Assembly (NCBI GenBank): GCA_947165685.1
Contig: CAMVBK010000009.1
Location: forward strand, 2,524-66,523
Origin: an uncultured Bacteroidales bacterium
GTDB lineage: Bacteria; Bacteroidota; Bacteroidia; Bacteroidales; WCHB1-69
DNA: 64,000 nt
Direction: 5' to 3'
The notes under the pieces were generated by a model that ran no database searches, had not been told where the DNA came from, and was given only the letters and a program-made list of their open reading frames with translations. The position numbers and the translations under genes were made by a program. Of this stretch, positions 7,978-17,707 are shown piece by piece; the first letter of the stretch is position 1; the number at the start of each line of letters is the position of its first letter.

Positions 7978-10900
7978 TTATCGTTTCACGACAAACGGTT
8001 TGGTCACCGTGCCGGCCTCCGTGGTCACGCGCACGAAGTACATGCCGTCGGCCAGGCCGGAAACGTTGACGGAGGTGGTTTCACCCGTCATCGGGACGGT
8101 CTGCACCAATTTTCCATACACATCAAACACGTGCAAGTCAGCACTCATTTGTACATTATACATTGTACATTGTACATTGACGAGGTCGTTCGCCGGGTTC
8201 GGGAACAACTTCACGCTGTTCTCCAGGTGGTTCTCGATGCCCACGTTGGTGGTGTGTGCGGTGATGATGGGAGACCATTCGCTCTCGTTGCCGCCGCCGC
8301 AGTTGGCCTGCACCTGAATCTCGTATTCGGTGTCGCCTTCAAGTTCGGTGATGGTGTAGCTGTTGGTGGTGGAGGTGGCGGAGGTGAGCTGGCCGTTCAC
8401 GGGCTTGTACTGGATGTTCCAGCTGACCGCGTTCGGATTGGCATCCCAAGTGAGGGTGATGGCGTGGTTCTCGATGTTGGAGGCGGTGAGGCCGGTCGGG
8501 GTCACGCACGGTTCGGGCGTGTCGTTAGGCAACGTGGTGAAGGTCAGCTCGTTGCCGTAAACGGTCTGTCCGTTGAAGGTGATGAATGCACGGAAGGTGT
8601 AGCCCGTGTTGGCAGTCAGACCGGTGAGGCTGGCCGTGAAGTTGTTGCCCGTGCCCGTGCCGGTCACTTGCGTGTAGGTGCCGCCAGTCGTGGTCTTCCA
8701 CTCGAAGCCCTTCGCCGTGACGGTCACGTTGTCGGGGTTCGTGATGGTGGCGTTCAGCGTGGCGGTGGTCTGTGTGACGTTCGTGGCGGCATTGGTGGCT
8801 ACCGTCGGGTTGGTGACGACCGGGCCGCTGCCGTCGGTGGAGACCGTGACGTTGGTCACGATAGCACCGGGCTGAGTGCCTTGTGAGCTGTCGTTGCGCC
8901 ACAGGAAGACTAATTTGCCTAAGCCGTTGGCATCCGGGTTGGGCATGTTCACACTCACGTGGATGGCATTGCCTTGCGTGAGGTTCAGCGTGAACGGGTT
9001 GCTTCCGTAGCCGGTCTGCGACTTATAAGCGGAGAAGTTGAGCGCGTTGGTGGAGTAGGTGTTTCCGGATTGGGAGTTATGTCCTGTTCCGGCGGTGAAA
9101 GTCTCTGTGCTCGGAACCAGGAACACTTTGAAGTAGTCAAATGAACTCTCGCCGCCGGCGCGGATATCGAACTCCACGTGCACGGAGTCATCGCTCGGCA
9201 TGTAGAACAGCTTCTCGGCCATCACCGTGGAACTGCTGCCGATGTTGTAGCCCGCGCTGCTGTTGTCGTTGGTGATGAACAGGGCGCTTTGGCTCTCGCC
9301 GCTCGGCGTACCCATCATCCAATGGTTGGCGCAGGTGCCGTTGTTGAGTTCCCAGGCTTGGTCAGTGGTGAAGTCGGTGGTGTAAGGCAGGTTCACGGCC
9401 ACCATCGTGGTGGTGAAGTTCACGGAAATGCCGGTGGAGAGTCCATCGGGGCCGCAGTCACTGTAGATATAGACCGTGTAGGCCGTGGTGGCGTTCAAGC
9501 CAGTGAGTGTGTAGCTCATGGCATTGTTGACGTTCACCGTGGTGCCTGTGCCTTGCGTGAAGCCAGCAGGGCCGTACTCCAGCACATAGTTGGAAGTGGG
9601 ACCGTTCCAGCTGATGGTCGCACCGTCGCCCGTGATGTCGCTAACCGATGCGCTGGTGGGATGGAAGCAGCTCGGAATCACGTCGAAGGTGAGGTTGTCG
9701 AGCAGGTAGGAGACATCAAGGCCGTTCATCGCGCGGAAGGCGATGTAGTGGTCGTTGCCCGTGTAGTTGTTGAGCAGGACCGTGAAGGGCAGCCAGGTGA
9801 AGGTCGCGCTGTACGTAATGGTTTCATACGGGGTGAAGGTGGTCGGGTCGTTCGGGTCGCTCATGGTGCCGATCTCGAACGTGCCGGCTGTGCCGTTCAG
9901 GTGGATTCGGGTCATACCGTCCACCATCAGGGTGTTCAGCGAGATGCTCGGGTCGAACATCGGGGTGACCGCCATCGTGTAGCAGTTGGGCGTGTAGTGG
10001 AAGTCCAAGGAACCGCCGGCGTAGGCATCGTTGGTTGTGACATACACCCAGTGGTTGGAAGGGTCGCTGGCATGGCGGCTCCAGCATTCCACGAAGTTGG
10101 AACCGTTCATGGAGGAGTACGTGTTGAAGTCGGCGATGAAGGGCAGGGTGGTGATGGCGCCGCAAGCGGTGGTGAACTGGATGCCCTGGGAGAGCATGGA
10201 GCTGTCGCTGCCGCAGTAGCCTCTCACGGCCACCTGGTAGGCGGTGTTCGGGTTGAGGCCGGTCAAGGAAAGGGAGTTGGTCGTAGTGGTCTGGTAGTCC
10301 TGCGTGCCGTCGGAACCGAGGATGGTCACGCCGAACAGGTCCGCGCTGCCGGTCCAGGTGAGGTCGGCCGAGTTTTCGGTGATGTTGCTGGCCGCCAGGT
10401 CCATAGGAGTGGCACACGTCACCACCGTCAGGCTGACGTTATCGACGGCTGCCGGCGGGTTGGTGCTGCCGGAAGTGTTACGCCAGTGGAAGTAGAGGCG
10501 GTAGATGTGGTCGCCGTTGCCCATGCCCGCGAACTGCGTGGCGGAGATCAGCATCTCCTCGTGCTGCCAGGTGTTCTGCTGGGAGAGCCAGTGCGCACCG
10601 TTGGTGGGGTAGCCGGGCATGCCGTGGAGATCGTAGTTCACGCCGCCCACAGAGGGAGGATTGCTGCCGGCATTGGCCGTCACCACGGCGGGGTCAAGCC
10701 AATAGACGCGCAGGAACTCGTACGTGGCGTTGTTGCCCTGGGCTTTCCAGTCGAAGGAGAGCTTCAGCTCGGTGGTGCCGTCGGGAACCAGGATGTCGCG
10801 GAACGCATAGACATGGCTCTCGGTGCCCGAGTAGGTGTTCGACGCGCCGTTGTTGTTGGAGATGTACAAACCGTTCATGCCGCCAGGAGTCGTGTTCACG

Positions 10901-13900
10901 TCGCTGGTGCCGTCCGTGGGTGCGCCGATGTACCATTTGTTGGTCTGCGTGCCGTTCACGAGGCCCCATTGGATGTTGTCGTTCTCATCCTCGAAGTCGG
11001 TGAGGTAGGGAATGGTGGCCGGGACGGTGGGCGTGGTGAAGCTCACGGGAGCCGACAGGTCGGCGGTGTCGCCGTCGGAGCAGATCGTCTGCACCGCCAC
11101 CGCGTAGGTGGTGTTGAGGTTCAGGGTCGTGAGCGCGAGCGTGGTGTCAAAGACGTCGAAGACCGTGGTGTCGCTCGGACCGTAGAGATAGACCAGATAC
11201 TCGTCGCCGCTGCCGCTATGCCAGCTCAGGTCGGCGCTGGTGGTCATGATGTTGGAGACTTGCAGGCCGGAGGCCGGGTAGCAGGTCACACAGGAGGCCG
11301 TGATGGCAAATCCGGGTCTGACGACAGAACCATCGGAGTGGAATACGAGAGTGATCGGACCGGTGGTGGACATCACGTTCACCGTCTGGTTGGCACCGCC
11401 GATTTTCGTTATTTGCGATCCGGTGCCCACACCGTCATAGAAGGTTATATAGTCGTATGAAATGCTCTCCGTGTTCAAGGTGCCGTTGAGAGCCACGACA
11501 GCATTGGGGATTTCCGGGTAAATGACCAGGGTGAAGTCGCAGCTGTTGGCGTAGTCTCCGTTCGGGCCGCCGTTGTCATAGAGAATCATGCCGCAAGTGG
11601 TGATGGTATCGTGCCCTGTGACATCGAAGATATACTGGCCGGGCGTGGCCGACGCGGGTCCGTTGAAGCTGGAGACATCGTCGCTGCAGATGCTCTGGAC
11701 GTAGAAGTCGTAGGTCACGGTCGGGGTGAGGTCGGTCACGGTGTAGGGGTTCTCATAGGCCGTGACCACAGTGCCGTTGCCCTGGCCCGGGGTGAAGCCC
11801 GCAGGACCGTACTCGATGTTCCATGAGGTGGCGTCGCCCTGCTCGTCCCAGGCCAATGTGGCGGTGGTGTTGCCAAGGTCGGTGACGGCAATGTTCATCG
11901 GGTAGTAGCAGACCGGGATGTAGTCGATCGTGAAGTCGTCAACAATCAGGGAAGTGCTGGTGCCTTGGGTCTCCAAGATGGCAATGTACTGGTTGCTGCC
12001 GGTGTAGTTCTCCAAGGTGAAGATGATGTTCTCCCAGGTATTGGGGGCGCTCAGGCGGAGCGTGTCATAGAACTCGTAGGTGGTGATGTCGTTCGGGTCG
12101 CTCATCGTGCCGATCTCGAACCAGCCCTGGCCGAGGCCGCTGTAGGCCCAGAAGTCGAGCATCAGCGTGTTCAGCGGGATGGAGGCGTCGATCTGCGGGG
12201 TGACGGCGATGGTGGAGCAGGAGGGGGTGTAGTGGAAGTCGAGGGAGTAGGAGCCGCTGTGGGTGGCGCTGCCGTAGCAACGCACGACATGGGCGGGATC
12301 GGTGGTCAGACGGTTCCAGCAGGTGACGAAGTTGGTGCCATCGACGGAAATCACGTCGTCGAAGTTGTTGAAGTAGGGAAGCTCGGTGAGCGGGCCGCAC
12401 TGGGTGCGGAAACTGACGGTGACGGAAGCCTGGGAGTCCTCGCCGTCGTCGCAGTGCGACACCACATACATGTCGTACTTGGTGTCGGTGCTCAGACCGT
12501 AGAGGTCGGCTTCGGGCGTGCCGGTGACGGAGACCTCAGTGTAGTCCTCGTTGCTGCCGTTCACGCGGTAGAACAGCGACCAGCTGGTGGAGGAACCGTT
12601 CTCGGTCCACGACACGGACAGCGACTCGCTGGTGGAGCCGGTCAGCACTAAGTTAGTGGGACGGCCGCAAGTGTAGCCGATGATGGAGATGTTGTCGATA
12701 GCGGCAGGCGGTTGCGTGCCCACGGAACCGTCGTTCCTCCACCAGAAAACCAACTTCTTGGAGGTGCCGACCACATTGTTGAGGATGGCATCTTTGTGCT
12801 GCCAATTGGACTGCAGGTTAAGTTTTCCGCATACATCAGTGCCCGAAGGAGCTCCGGTGGAGGGCATGTTGACAGAAGCGTCGCACAGGTAAGCATAAAG
12901 ATAGTCATAGTTGCCCTCTCCCTGCCCTTTCCAGTCGAACTCTAAATGGTATTCGGCGGGCGTGTTGGGGAACTCGATGTTCAGCACCGCGTAGGTGTTG
13001 GAGGTGGAGGAGATGGTGTAGGCGTTGCTTACGCCGTTGTCGTTGGAGACGTACAGCGAGTGGATGGTGCCGCCTTGTCCGTCATCGACGCCCGTGGCGG
13101 AGCCGATGCGCCATTGGTTGGTGCCGTTATGGACGAACTCGAAGTCGGTGAGGATGGTGGCCGCGTCGCCTTCGAAATCCTGGATGTAGGGCAGGGCGAT
13201 GGGCAGTGCCGGGGTGGTGAACGTGCGGGTGGCCGCCGCGCTCTCGGTGTTGTCGGTGCAGGAAGCCGTTACCATCACCGTGTAGGAGGTGCCGGGATCC
13301 AGCGTCGGCAGGGAGTAGGTGGTGTCGTAGGCCACGTCGTAGGTGGTGTCGTGGGTGAGCTGGTTCACGATGGCGACATTGTAGAAATCAGCAGGAAGAC
13401 CGGTGGCGGCAGGATGCCAAACCACTTCGGCCGAGGTGGCGTGCAGGTCGTTAACCTGCAGGTTGGCCGGCTGGATACAGGTCGGGGCATTGGTCATGTT
13501 GATGACAACGTTGGCCAGGCTGCCGCCCGGGTTCACCGTGACGGTGACAGAACCCCAGCCCTCCTCGCCGTTCACGAGGGTACCGTTCATATAGACACTG
13601 GCCACGCGCCATCCTTCGTCAGGGGTGATGGTGAAGGTCACGTTGTCGGAGCTGAGACAGGGAACGGTGGTGCTTTCCGGGCTCACCGTGCCGTGCACCT
13701 GGCCGTCGGAGGAGGCCGCCACCGTGGCGTTGATCACCGCCTGCGGATAGACGGTAATGGTGACGCTGTGCGTGCCCGTGGAGCCGTCGCTCATCGTGCC
13801 GGTCATCGTGTAGGTGGTCGTCGTGGTCGGCGACACGGTGATGGTCTCGGAAGTCAGATTGCCGGGCGTCCAAAGGTAACTGTCATAGCCCATGCCGGTG

Positions 13901-14931
13901 AGCACAACACTCTCGCCGTTGCAGATTTCCGAGGCGGAGGCGCTTATGCCGGCCATGAAGGAGAGGATCGGATAGCCGTTGTTGACGTTGTTTTCATCAA
14001 CCTTGAAAGCATCGCCCAAAAGGGTGATCATGCTGTCGGACTGCATGATGGCCTGCGACACCGAGGTGCCGTCGCCACCGTTATGCGAGCCGGAGAATGT
14101 GCAGTAAGAGTAACAGTTGTTGCGCGAACCCTGGTAGGCCGTGATGGCGCCGGACTCGGCATTGTAGTTGGTGATGGTGCCTGCAAAATAGCAGTTCGTG
14201 AAGTTGTCCCCGGTGCTGTTACCTCCCAGGCCGCCTGCGTAGAAGCCGCTGACGGTGCCGGTGGCGCCGCAGTTCTGGATATGGGTGCCGCCGGAAGAGT
14301 TCGGGTAGTTGGCGCCCACGATGCAGCCGATGTTGTTGTGGCTTGCCGACGGGCCGGTACCCGAAGGCGTACCCACCACGTTGGCGTTGACTACCAAGCA
14401 ATAACGGATGTAGATGGCACCGCCGCTGCGGGTCATGCCCGCGATGCAGCCCATCATGCCGCACGATTTCACCGTGGGATTATACATCACCAAGGAGTCA
14501 ATCGTACACGGGTTCTGGATACAGCCGAAAAGACCCGCATGGAAATAGTTGGTCTTGTCGCAGTAGAGGTTGTGGATGGCGTGGCCATGGCCGTTGAACG
14601 CGCCTCGGAAACTGTTTCCGGACGAAGCCTCCTCGCTCGTGGGGGTCGCTGCCCCGCCGATGGGCGTCCAGTTGTTGGTGTTGACCCCGTTGGCGTTCAA
14701 CCAGATGTCGGCCGTCAGGTTCAGCGTCGCCCCCTGGAAGGAGGTGCCGCTGTTCACCAACTGTGCCACACCGGCAAGCTGCTCAGGAGTGGAAATGTCG
14801 AATGACGTCTGGGTGGCATCGTACCACGAAATGTCCGCGGTGCCGTCCCAGACCGTCTGCGCCTGCGCCTTCGGAGGGAATCCGAAGAGTGTCATCAGGC
14901 TAATCACGAAAAAAAGGTAAACCTTTTTCAT
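7978..14931 (-). CDS. Giant modular T9SS-secreted surface protein. It comprises a signal peptide, a GLUG-like N-terminal region, multiple FN3 domains alternating with two kinds of beta-sandwich module, a CUB-like domain and a C-terminal sorting domain.
   Basis: 2317-aa uninterrupted ORF with signal peptide MKKVYLFFVISLMTLFGFPPKAQA. The boundary motifs F(T/R)T..(LPY/LPF)..DF recur. The C-terminus KLFPNPANDLV...GMYFVRVTTEAGTVTKPFVVKR is a Por/T9SS sorting domain. Confidence 0.85.
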   Translation of the reverse strand: MKKVYLFFVISLMTLFGFPPKAQAQTVWDGTADISWYDATQTSFDISTPEQLAGVAQLVNSGTSFQGATLNLTADIWLNANGVNTNNWTPIGGAATPTSEEASSGNSFRGAFNGHGHAIHNLYCDKTNYFHAGLFGCIQNPCTIDSLVMYNPTVKSCGMMGCIAGMTRSGGAIYIRYCLVVNANVVGTPSGTGPSASHNNIGCIVGANYPNSSGGTHIQNCGATGTVSGFYAGGLGGNSTGDNFTNCYFAGTITNYNAESGAITAYQGSRNNCYSYCTFSGSHNGGDGTSVSQAIMQSDSMITLLGDAFKVDENNVNNGYPILSFMAGISASASEICNGESVVLTGMGYDSYLWTPGNLTSETITVSPTTTTTYTMTGTMSDGSTGTHSVTITVYPQAVINATVAASSDGQVHGTVSPESTTVPCLSSDNVTFTITPDEGWRVASVYMNGTLVNGEEGWGSVTVTVNPGGSLANVVINMTNAPTCIQPANLQVNDLHATSAEVVWHPAATGLPADFYNVAIVNQLTHDTTYDVAYDTTYSLPTLDPGTSYTVMVTASCTDNTESAAATRTFTTPALPIALPYIQDFEGDAATILTDFEFVHNGTNQWRIGSATGVDDGQGGTIHSLYVSNDNGVSNAYTISSTSNTYAVLNIEFPNTPAEYHLEFDWKGQGEGNYDYLYAYLCDASVNMPSTGAPSGTDVCGKLNLQSNWQHKDAILNNVVGTSKKLVFWWRNDGSVGTQPPAAIDNISIIGYTCGRPTNLVLTGSTSESLSVSWTENGSSTSWSLFYRVNGSNEDYTEVSVTGTPEADLYGLSTDTKYDMYVVSHCDDGEDSQASVTVSFRTQCGPLTELPYFNNFDDVISVDGTNFVTCWNRLTTDPAHVVRCYGSATHSGSYSLDFHYTPSCSTIAVTPQIDASIPLNTLMLDFWAYSGLGQGWFEIGTMSDPNDITTYEFYDTLRLSAPNTWENIIFTLENYTGSNQYIAILETQGTSTSLIVDDFTIDYIPVCYYPMNIAVTDLGNTTATLAWDEQGDATSWNIEYGPAGFTPGQGNGTVVTAYENPYTVTDLTPTVTYDFYVQSICSDDVSSFNGPASATPGQYIFDVTGHDTITTCGMILYDNGGPNGDYANSCDFTLVIYPEIPNAVVALNGTLNTESISYDYITFYDGVGTGSQITKIGGANQTVNVMSTTGPITLVFHSDGSVVRPGFAITASCVTCYPASGLQVSNIMTTSADLSWHSGSGDEYLVYLYGPSDTTVFDVFDTTLALTTLNLNTTYAVAVQTICSDGDTADLSAPVSFTTPTVPATIPYLTDFEDENDNIQWGLVNGTQTNKWYIGAPTDGTSDVNTTPGGMNGLYISNNNGASNTYSGTESHVYAFRDILVPDGTTELKLSFDWKAQGNNATYEFLRVYWLDPAVVTANAGSNPPSVGGVNYDLHGMPGYPTNGAHWLSQQNTWQHEEMLISATQFAGMGNGDHIYRLYFHWRNTSGSTNPPAAVDNVSLTVVTCATPMDLAASNITENSADLTWTGSADLFGVTILGSDGTQDYQTTTTNSLSLTGLNPNTAYQVAVRGYCGSDSSMLSQGIQFTTACGAITTLPFIADFNTYSSMNGSNFVECWSRHASDPSNHWVYVTTNDAYAGGSLDFHYTPNCYTMAVTPMFDPSISLNTLMVDGMTRIHLNGTAGTFEIGTMSDPNDPTTFTPYETITYSATFTWLPFTVLLNNYTGNDHYIAFRAMNGLDVSYLLDNLTFDVIPSCFHPTSASVSDITGDGATISWNGPTSNYVLEYGPAGFTQGTGTTVNVNNAMSYTLTGLNATTAYTVYIYSDCGPDGLSTGISVNFTTTMVAVNLPYTTDFTTDQAWELNNGTCANHWMMGTPSGESQSALFITNDNSSAGYNIGSSSTVMAEKLFYMPSDDSVHVEFDIRAGGESSFDYFKVFLVPSTETFTAGTGHNSQSGNTYSTNALNFSAYKSQTGYGSNPFTLNLTQGNAIHVSVNMPNPDANGLGKLVFLWRNDSSQGTQPGAIVTNVTVSTDGSGPVVTNPTVATNAATNVTQTTATLNATITNPDNVTVTAKGFEWKTTTGGTYTQVTGTGTGNNFTASLTGLTANTGYTFRAFITFNGQTVYGNELTFTTLPNDTPEPCVTPTGLTASNIENHAITLTWDANPNAVSWNIQYKPVNGQLTSATSTTNSYTITELEGDTEYEIQVQANCGGGNESEWSPIITAHTTNVGIENHLENSVKLFPNPANDLVNVQCTMYNVQMSADLHVFDVYGKLVQTVPMTGETTSVNVSGLADGMYFVRVTTEAGTVTKPFVVKR
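8149..8176. repeat. Heptamer tract (TTGTACA/TTATACA x4) inside the coding sequence of the giant T9SS protein
   Basis: TTGTACA TTATACA TTGTACA TTGTACA on the plus strand. On the minus strand it encodes ..NVQCTMYNVQM.. within the C-terminal sorting domain. Confidence 0.9.
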
Positions 14932-15117
14932 AATACTGGATTTTGATGAATAATAGTGATATAAATAACTTGTTTAATTTCAATGTTTTAAACATTTCCC
15001 CTCAGCCCATTTTCCAATCAAATCCAACGCTCGATCCAAAAACAGCCGCAAAGGTACAAATTATTTTATTATTCACAAACAGATGTTGATGTTTTTTTTC
15101 GTCCTGTGCCGTAAGCC

Positions 15118-17598
15118 TCAGAACTCCACCATCAACTTCACGTTGATCAGCCGTCCCGTCAGGTAGGTAGGCACGGGACGCTGGTTGTTGTAAATGTCGG
15201 TAACCCACATGTACGACGACACGTTGTAGGTGCCCAACAGGTTGAAGACCTCCACATATACGCCGGCGTTCTTGATGCTGCGCACGAAGGCGGACTTGTG
15301 CTTCATGCGGTCGCGGCTTTGCTCCAGAATCATGAACGAGAGGCCAAGATCGACACGGCGGTACCACGAGGAGCGGAACACGCGCATGGCAGGCTCCGCT
15401 TTCGGCGGGCCGTAGGGCAATCCGCTGGCGAACACGAAGTTCAGGTGTACGCGGAACTGCGGGAAGCTCGGGATGTGGTCTTGGAAGAAGAGGTTGAACT
15501 GCACCCGCTGGTCGGTGGGACGCGGAATGTAGCCGACTTCCACGGTGTTGCCGTTCGCGTCGGTGCGGTAGTCGCCGATGACATCCTCCATGGTCTTCAT
15601 CAACGATACGGCAAACCACGACTCCAGCCCGCGCACGAATTCGCCGCTGATGCGCAGGTCTATGCCCGTGGCGTACCCTTTGGCGTTGTTCTTGCCGCTG
15701 TAGATGATCTGCACGTTGTTGACGTTGTAGGTGATCAGGCGGTCAAGGTATTTGTAGTAGGCCTCCGCCGTGAACTTGAACGGGCGTCGCCACAGCTTGA
15801 AGCGGTACTCGCTTCCGGCCACCACTTGCGCCGACCGCTGCGACCGGATGTTGGGGTTAAGCGACCCGTCAGGGTAGCGCATCTCGCGGTAGAACGCCGG
15901 CTGGTAGTAGAGGCCGGTGCGGAGGCTGAACTGCCAGTCGTGCTTCCAGCGCGGCTTGTAGGTGAAGGCTATTCGCGGCGACACGGTGAACTCCTTCGGG
16001 TTGTAGGTCCAGAAATGGTAGCGCAGGCCGCCGGTGAGGGTGAATCGGTTCGCACTGTCGCCGTCAATCTTCCAGGTGTCTTGTACATAGCCTGTTAACC
16101 GCCAAGTGTTAAGCGTGTTGAAGGAGACGAGATAGTTGTCGTCCCCGAAGTAGAGCTCGCGGGCGGGGTCGTCGGGCATGACAATCTCGCCGGGCGCGGT
16201 GGGGATGTAGGGCAGCGTGTAGCCGGAGGAGTCGAGCATCGTCCACTCCCGGATGTTGTCGCGGATATATTCGTTCTGGGCCTTCACGCCCCATTCCAGT
16301 TTGTTGGAGAACGGGAGCCGGTGCGCACCCTGCAGGTCAGCGGCCGACACCACGGAAGTCAGGTGGTTGCGGGCGTGCTCCAAGTAGCTGCCGTAGCCCA
16401 GCTGGTCGCCCATTTCCACCTCGCCGTCGCCCCCGAGACGGATCTCGTTGAGCCAGTACTGCGCCAGAATGTCGTAGGTTTCGCTCTCTTTGGCGTAAAA
16501 AGAGGAGAGAATGAGCCGGTACTGGTTGCGCTCGTCGGGGTGGTAGTGGAAGGTGAGGCCGCCGAGGTAGTTCTGGTAGCGGTCCACCTCCTGGCCCTCG
16601 TAGAAGGCGCGCAGCATCTGGGCCTCGCCCACGCTGCCGTAGCGCGTGCTCACGCTGTCGGGCTGGAAGAGGTAGTAATTGTAGGATGCGTTTCCTAAAA
16701 GGCTGATGGACAGTTTTTTCGTGACATCCCATTTCAGCAGGAACTGCGTATCGAAGAAACGGGGTTTGTAGTTGCCGGCGGTCTCTAAGGACTTGAGCAG
16801 GTAGGCGTTCGACTTGAAGCGGAGGCCCACGAGGAAGGAGAAGTTGCCGGTTTTGCCCTCGGCGTGGGCGGTGGCGCCGAGCAGACTGGCCGACACCGAG
16901 CCGCCGTACTGCACCGGGTCCTTATAGACCACGTCGAGCACGGAGGAGGTCTTGTCGCCGTATTTCGCGTCGAAGCCGCCGGCTGAGAAGGTGACGTTGC
17001 CGGTGAGGTCGCTGTTGATGAAGCTCATGCCCTCCTGTTGGGCGCTACGCACGAGGAACGGGCGGTAAATCTGGATGCCGTTCACGAAGACTAAGTTCTC
17101 GTCGAAGTTGCCGCCGCGAACGTTGTACTGCGAGCTGAGTTCGTTGTTGGAGGTGGTGCCGGGCAGCATTTTGATGAGCGACTCCATGCCGCCGGTGGGG
17201 GAGGGGAGTTGGAAAGTGAGTTTGGGGTTCACCTGCACGTAGCCAGTCGTTGTGGCCCCGTGGATGTTCACCGTCTCCAACCGTTCGCCCGTGGTGCGCA
17301 GCTGTAGGTCCAGCGTGTGGGTCTCCTTCGCCTTCAAGGTCAGCGACACCAATGTGTCGCGGTGGCTCAGGTGCTGGACGAAGATGCGGATTTCACGGCC
17401 GGCGGGCACGGAGAGGCTGTATTGGCCGTGTTCGTTGCTGATGGTCTGCAGGTCGTGGTCGATGACGCGGAACACGGCGTTCTCGATGGGATCGCCAAAC
17501 TCGTCGGACACAACCCCTTTTACCACAGCGTTTTGCGCAAGGCAGAAAGTCGTGGCGAACAGAAAAGCCATGATGGTCAGGATGCGATGCTTCATCAT
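15118..17598 (-). CDS. TonB-dependent outer-membrane receptor with an N-terminal carboxypeptidase-regulatory-like domain
   Basis: 826 aa. Signal peptide, then VKGVVSDEFGDPIENAVFRV (CarbopepD_reg-like), a plug region (NVRGGNFDENLVFVNGIQIY), a long beta-barrel, and a terminal aromatic residue (..KLMVEF). Confidence 0.85.
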   Translation of the reverse strand: MMKHRILTIMAFLFATTFCLAQNAVVKGVVSDEFGDPIENAVFRVIDHDLQTISNEHGQYSLSVPAGREIRIFVQHLSHRDTLVSLTLKAKETHTLDLQLRTTGERLETVNIHGATTTGYVQVNPKLTFQLPSPTGGMESLIKMLPGTTSNNELSSQYNVRGGNFDENLVFVNGIQIYRPFLVRSAQQEGMSFINSDLTGNVTFSAGGFDAKYGDKTSSVLDVVYKDPVQYGGSVSASLLGATAHAEGKTGNFSFLVGLRFKSNAYLLKSLETAGNYKPRFFDTQFLLKWDVTKKLSISLLGNASYNYYLFQPDSVSTRYGSVGEAQMLRAFYEGQEVDRYQNYLGGLTFHYHPDERNQYRLILSSFYAKESETYDILAQYWLNEIRLGGDGEVEMGDQLGYGSYLEHARNHLTSVVSAADLQGAHRLPFSNKLEWGVKAQNEYIRDNIREWTMLDSSGYTLPYIPTAPGEIVMPDDPARELYFGDDNYLVSFNTLNTWRLTGYVQDTWKIDGDSANRFTLTGGLRYHFWTYNPKEFTVSPRIAFTYKPRWKHDWQFSLRTGLYYQPAFYREMRYPDGSLNPNIRSQRSAQVVAGSEYRFKLWRRPFKFTAEAYYKYLDRLITYNVNNVQIIYSGKNNAKGYATGIDLRISGEFVRGLESWFAVSLMKTMEDVIGDYRTDANGNTVEVGYIPRPTDQRVQFNLFFQDHIPSFPQFRVHLNFVFASGLPYGPPKAEPAMRVFRSSWYRRVDLGLSFMILEQSRDRMKHKSAFVRSIKNAGVYVEVFNLLGTYNVSSYMWVTDIYNNQRPVPTYLTGRLINVKLMVEF

Positions 17599-17650
17599 CA
17601 GAAAACGAACGACGTATTACGTTTTTTTCTCCTTTTTATTGTGTTTCGGC

Positions 17651-17688
17651 AAAAAAAAACTGCTGTCCGGAAACAGCAGTCCTTTTTT
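17651..17688 (-). terminator. Intrinsic terminator downstream of rpmB; its A/T flanks could make it bidirectional
   Basis: Perfect 8-bp stem ACTGCTGT/ACAGCAGT (17659-17666 with 17673-17680) and a 6-nt loop. A9 lies on one side and T6 on the other. It sits 20 nt beyond the rpmB stop. Confidence 0.7.
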
Positions 17689-17707
17689 CTCTCGCGATGG
17701 AAACGGA

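Noticed and set aside
9178-11460. 760-aa ORF on the plus strand, with a companion 619-aa ORF at 12946..14805
   Set aside because: Both lie antisense to the 2317-aa T9SS protein gene. Their translations are low-complexity G/V/A/R/H-rich strings with no motifs, which is the usual stop-poor mirror frame of GC-rich coding DNA. The minus-strand frame has a signal peptide, repeated domains and a sorting domain.
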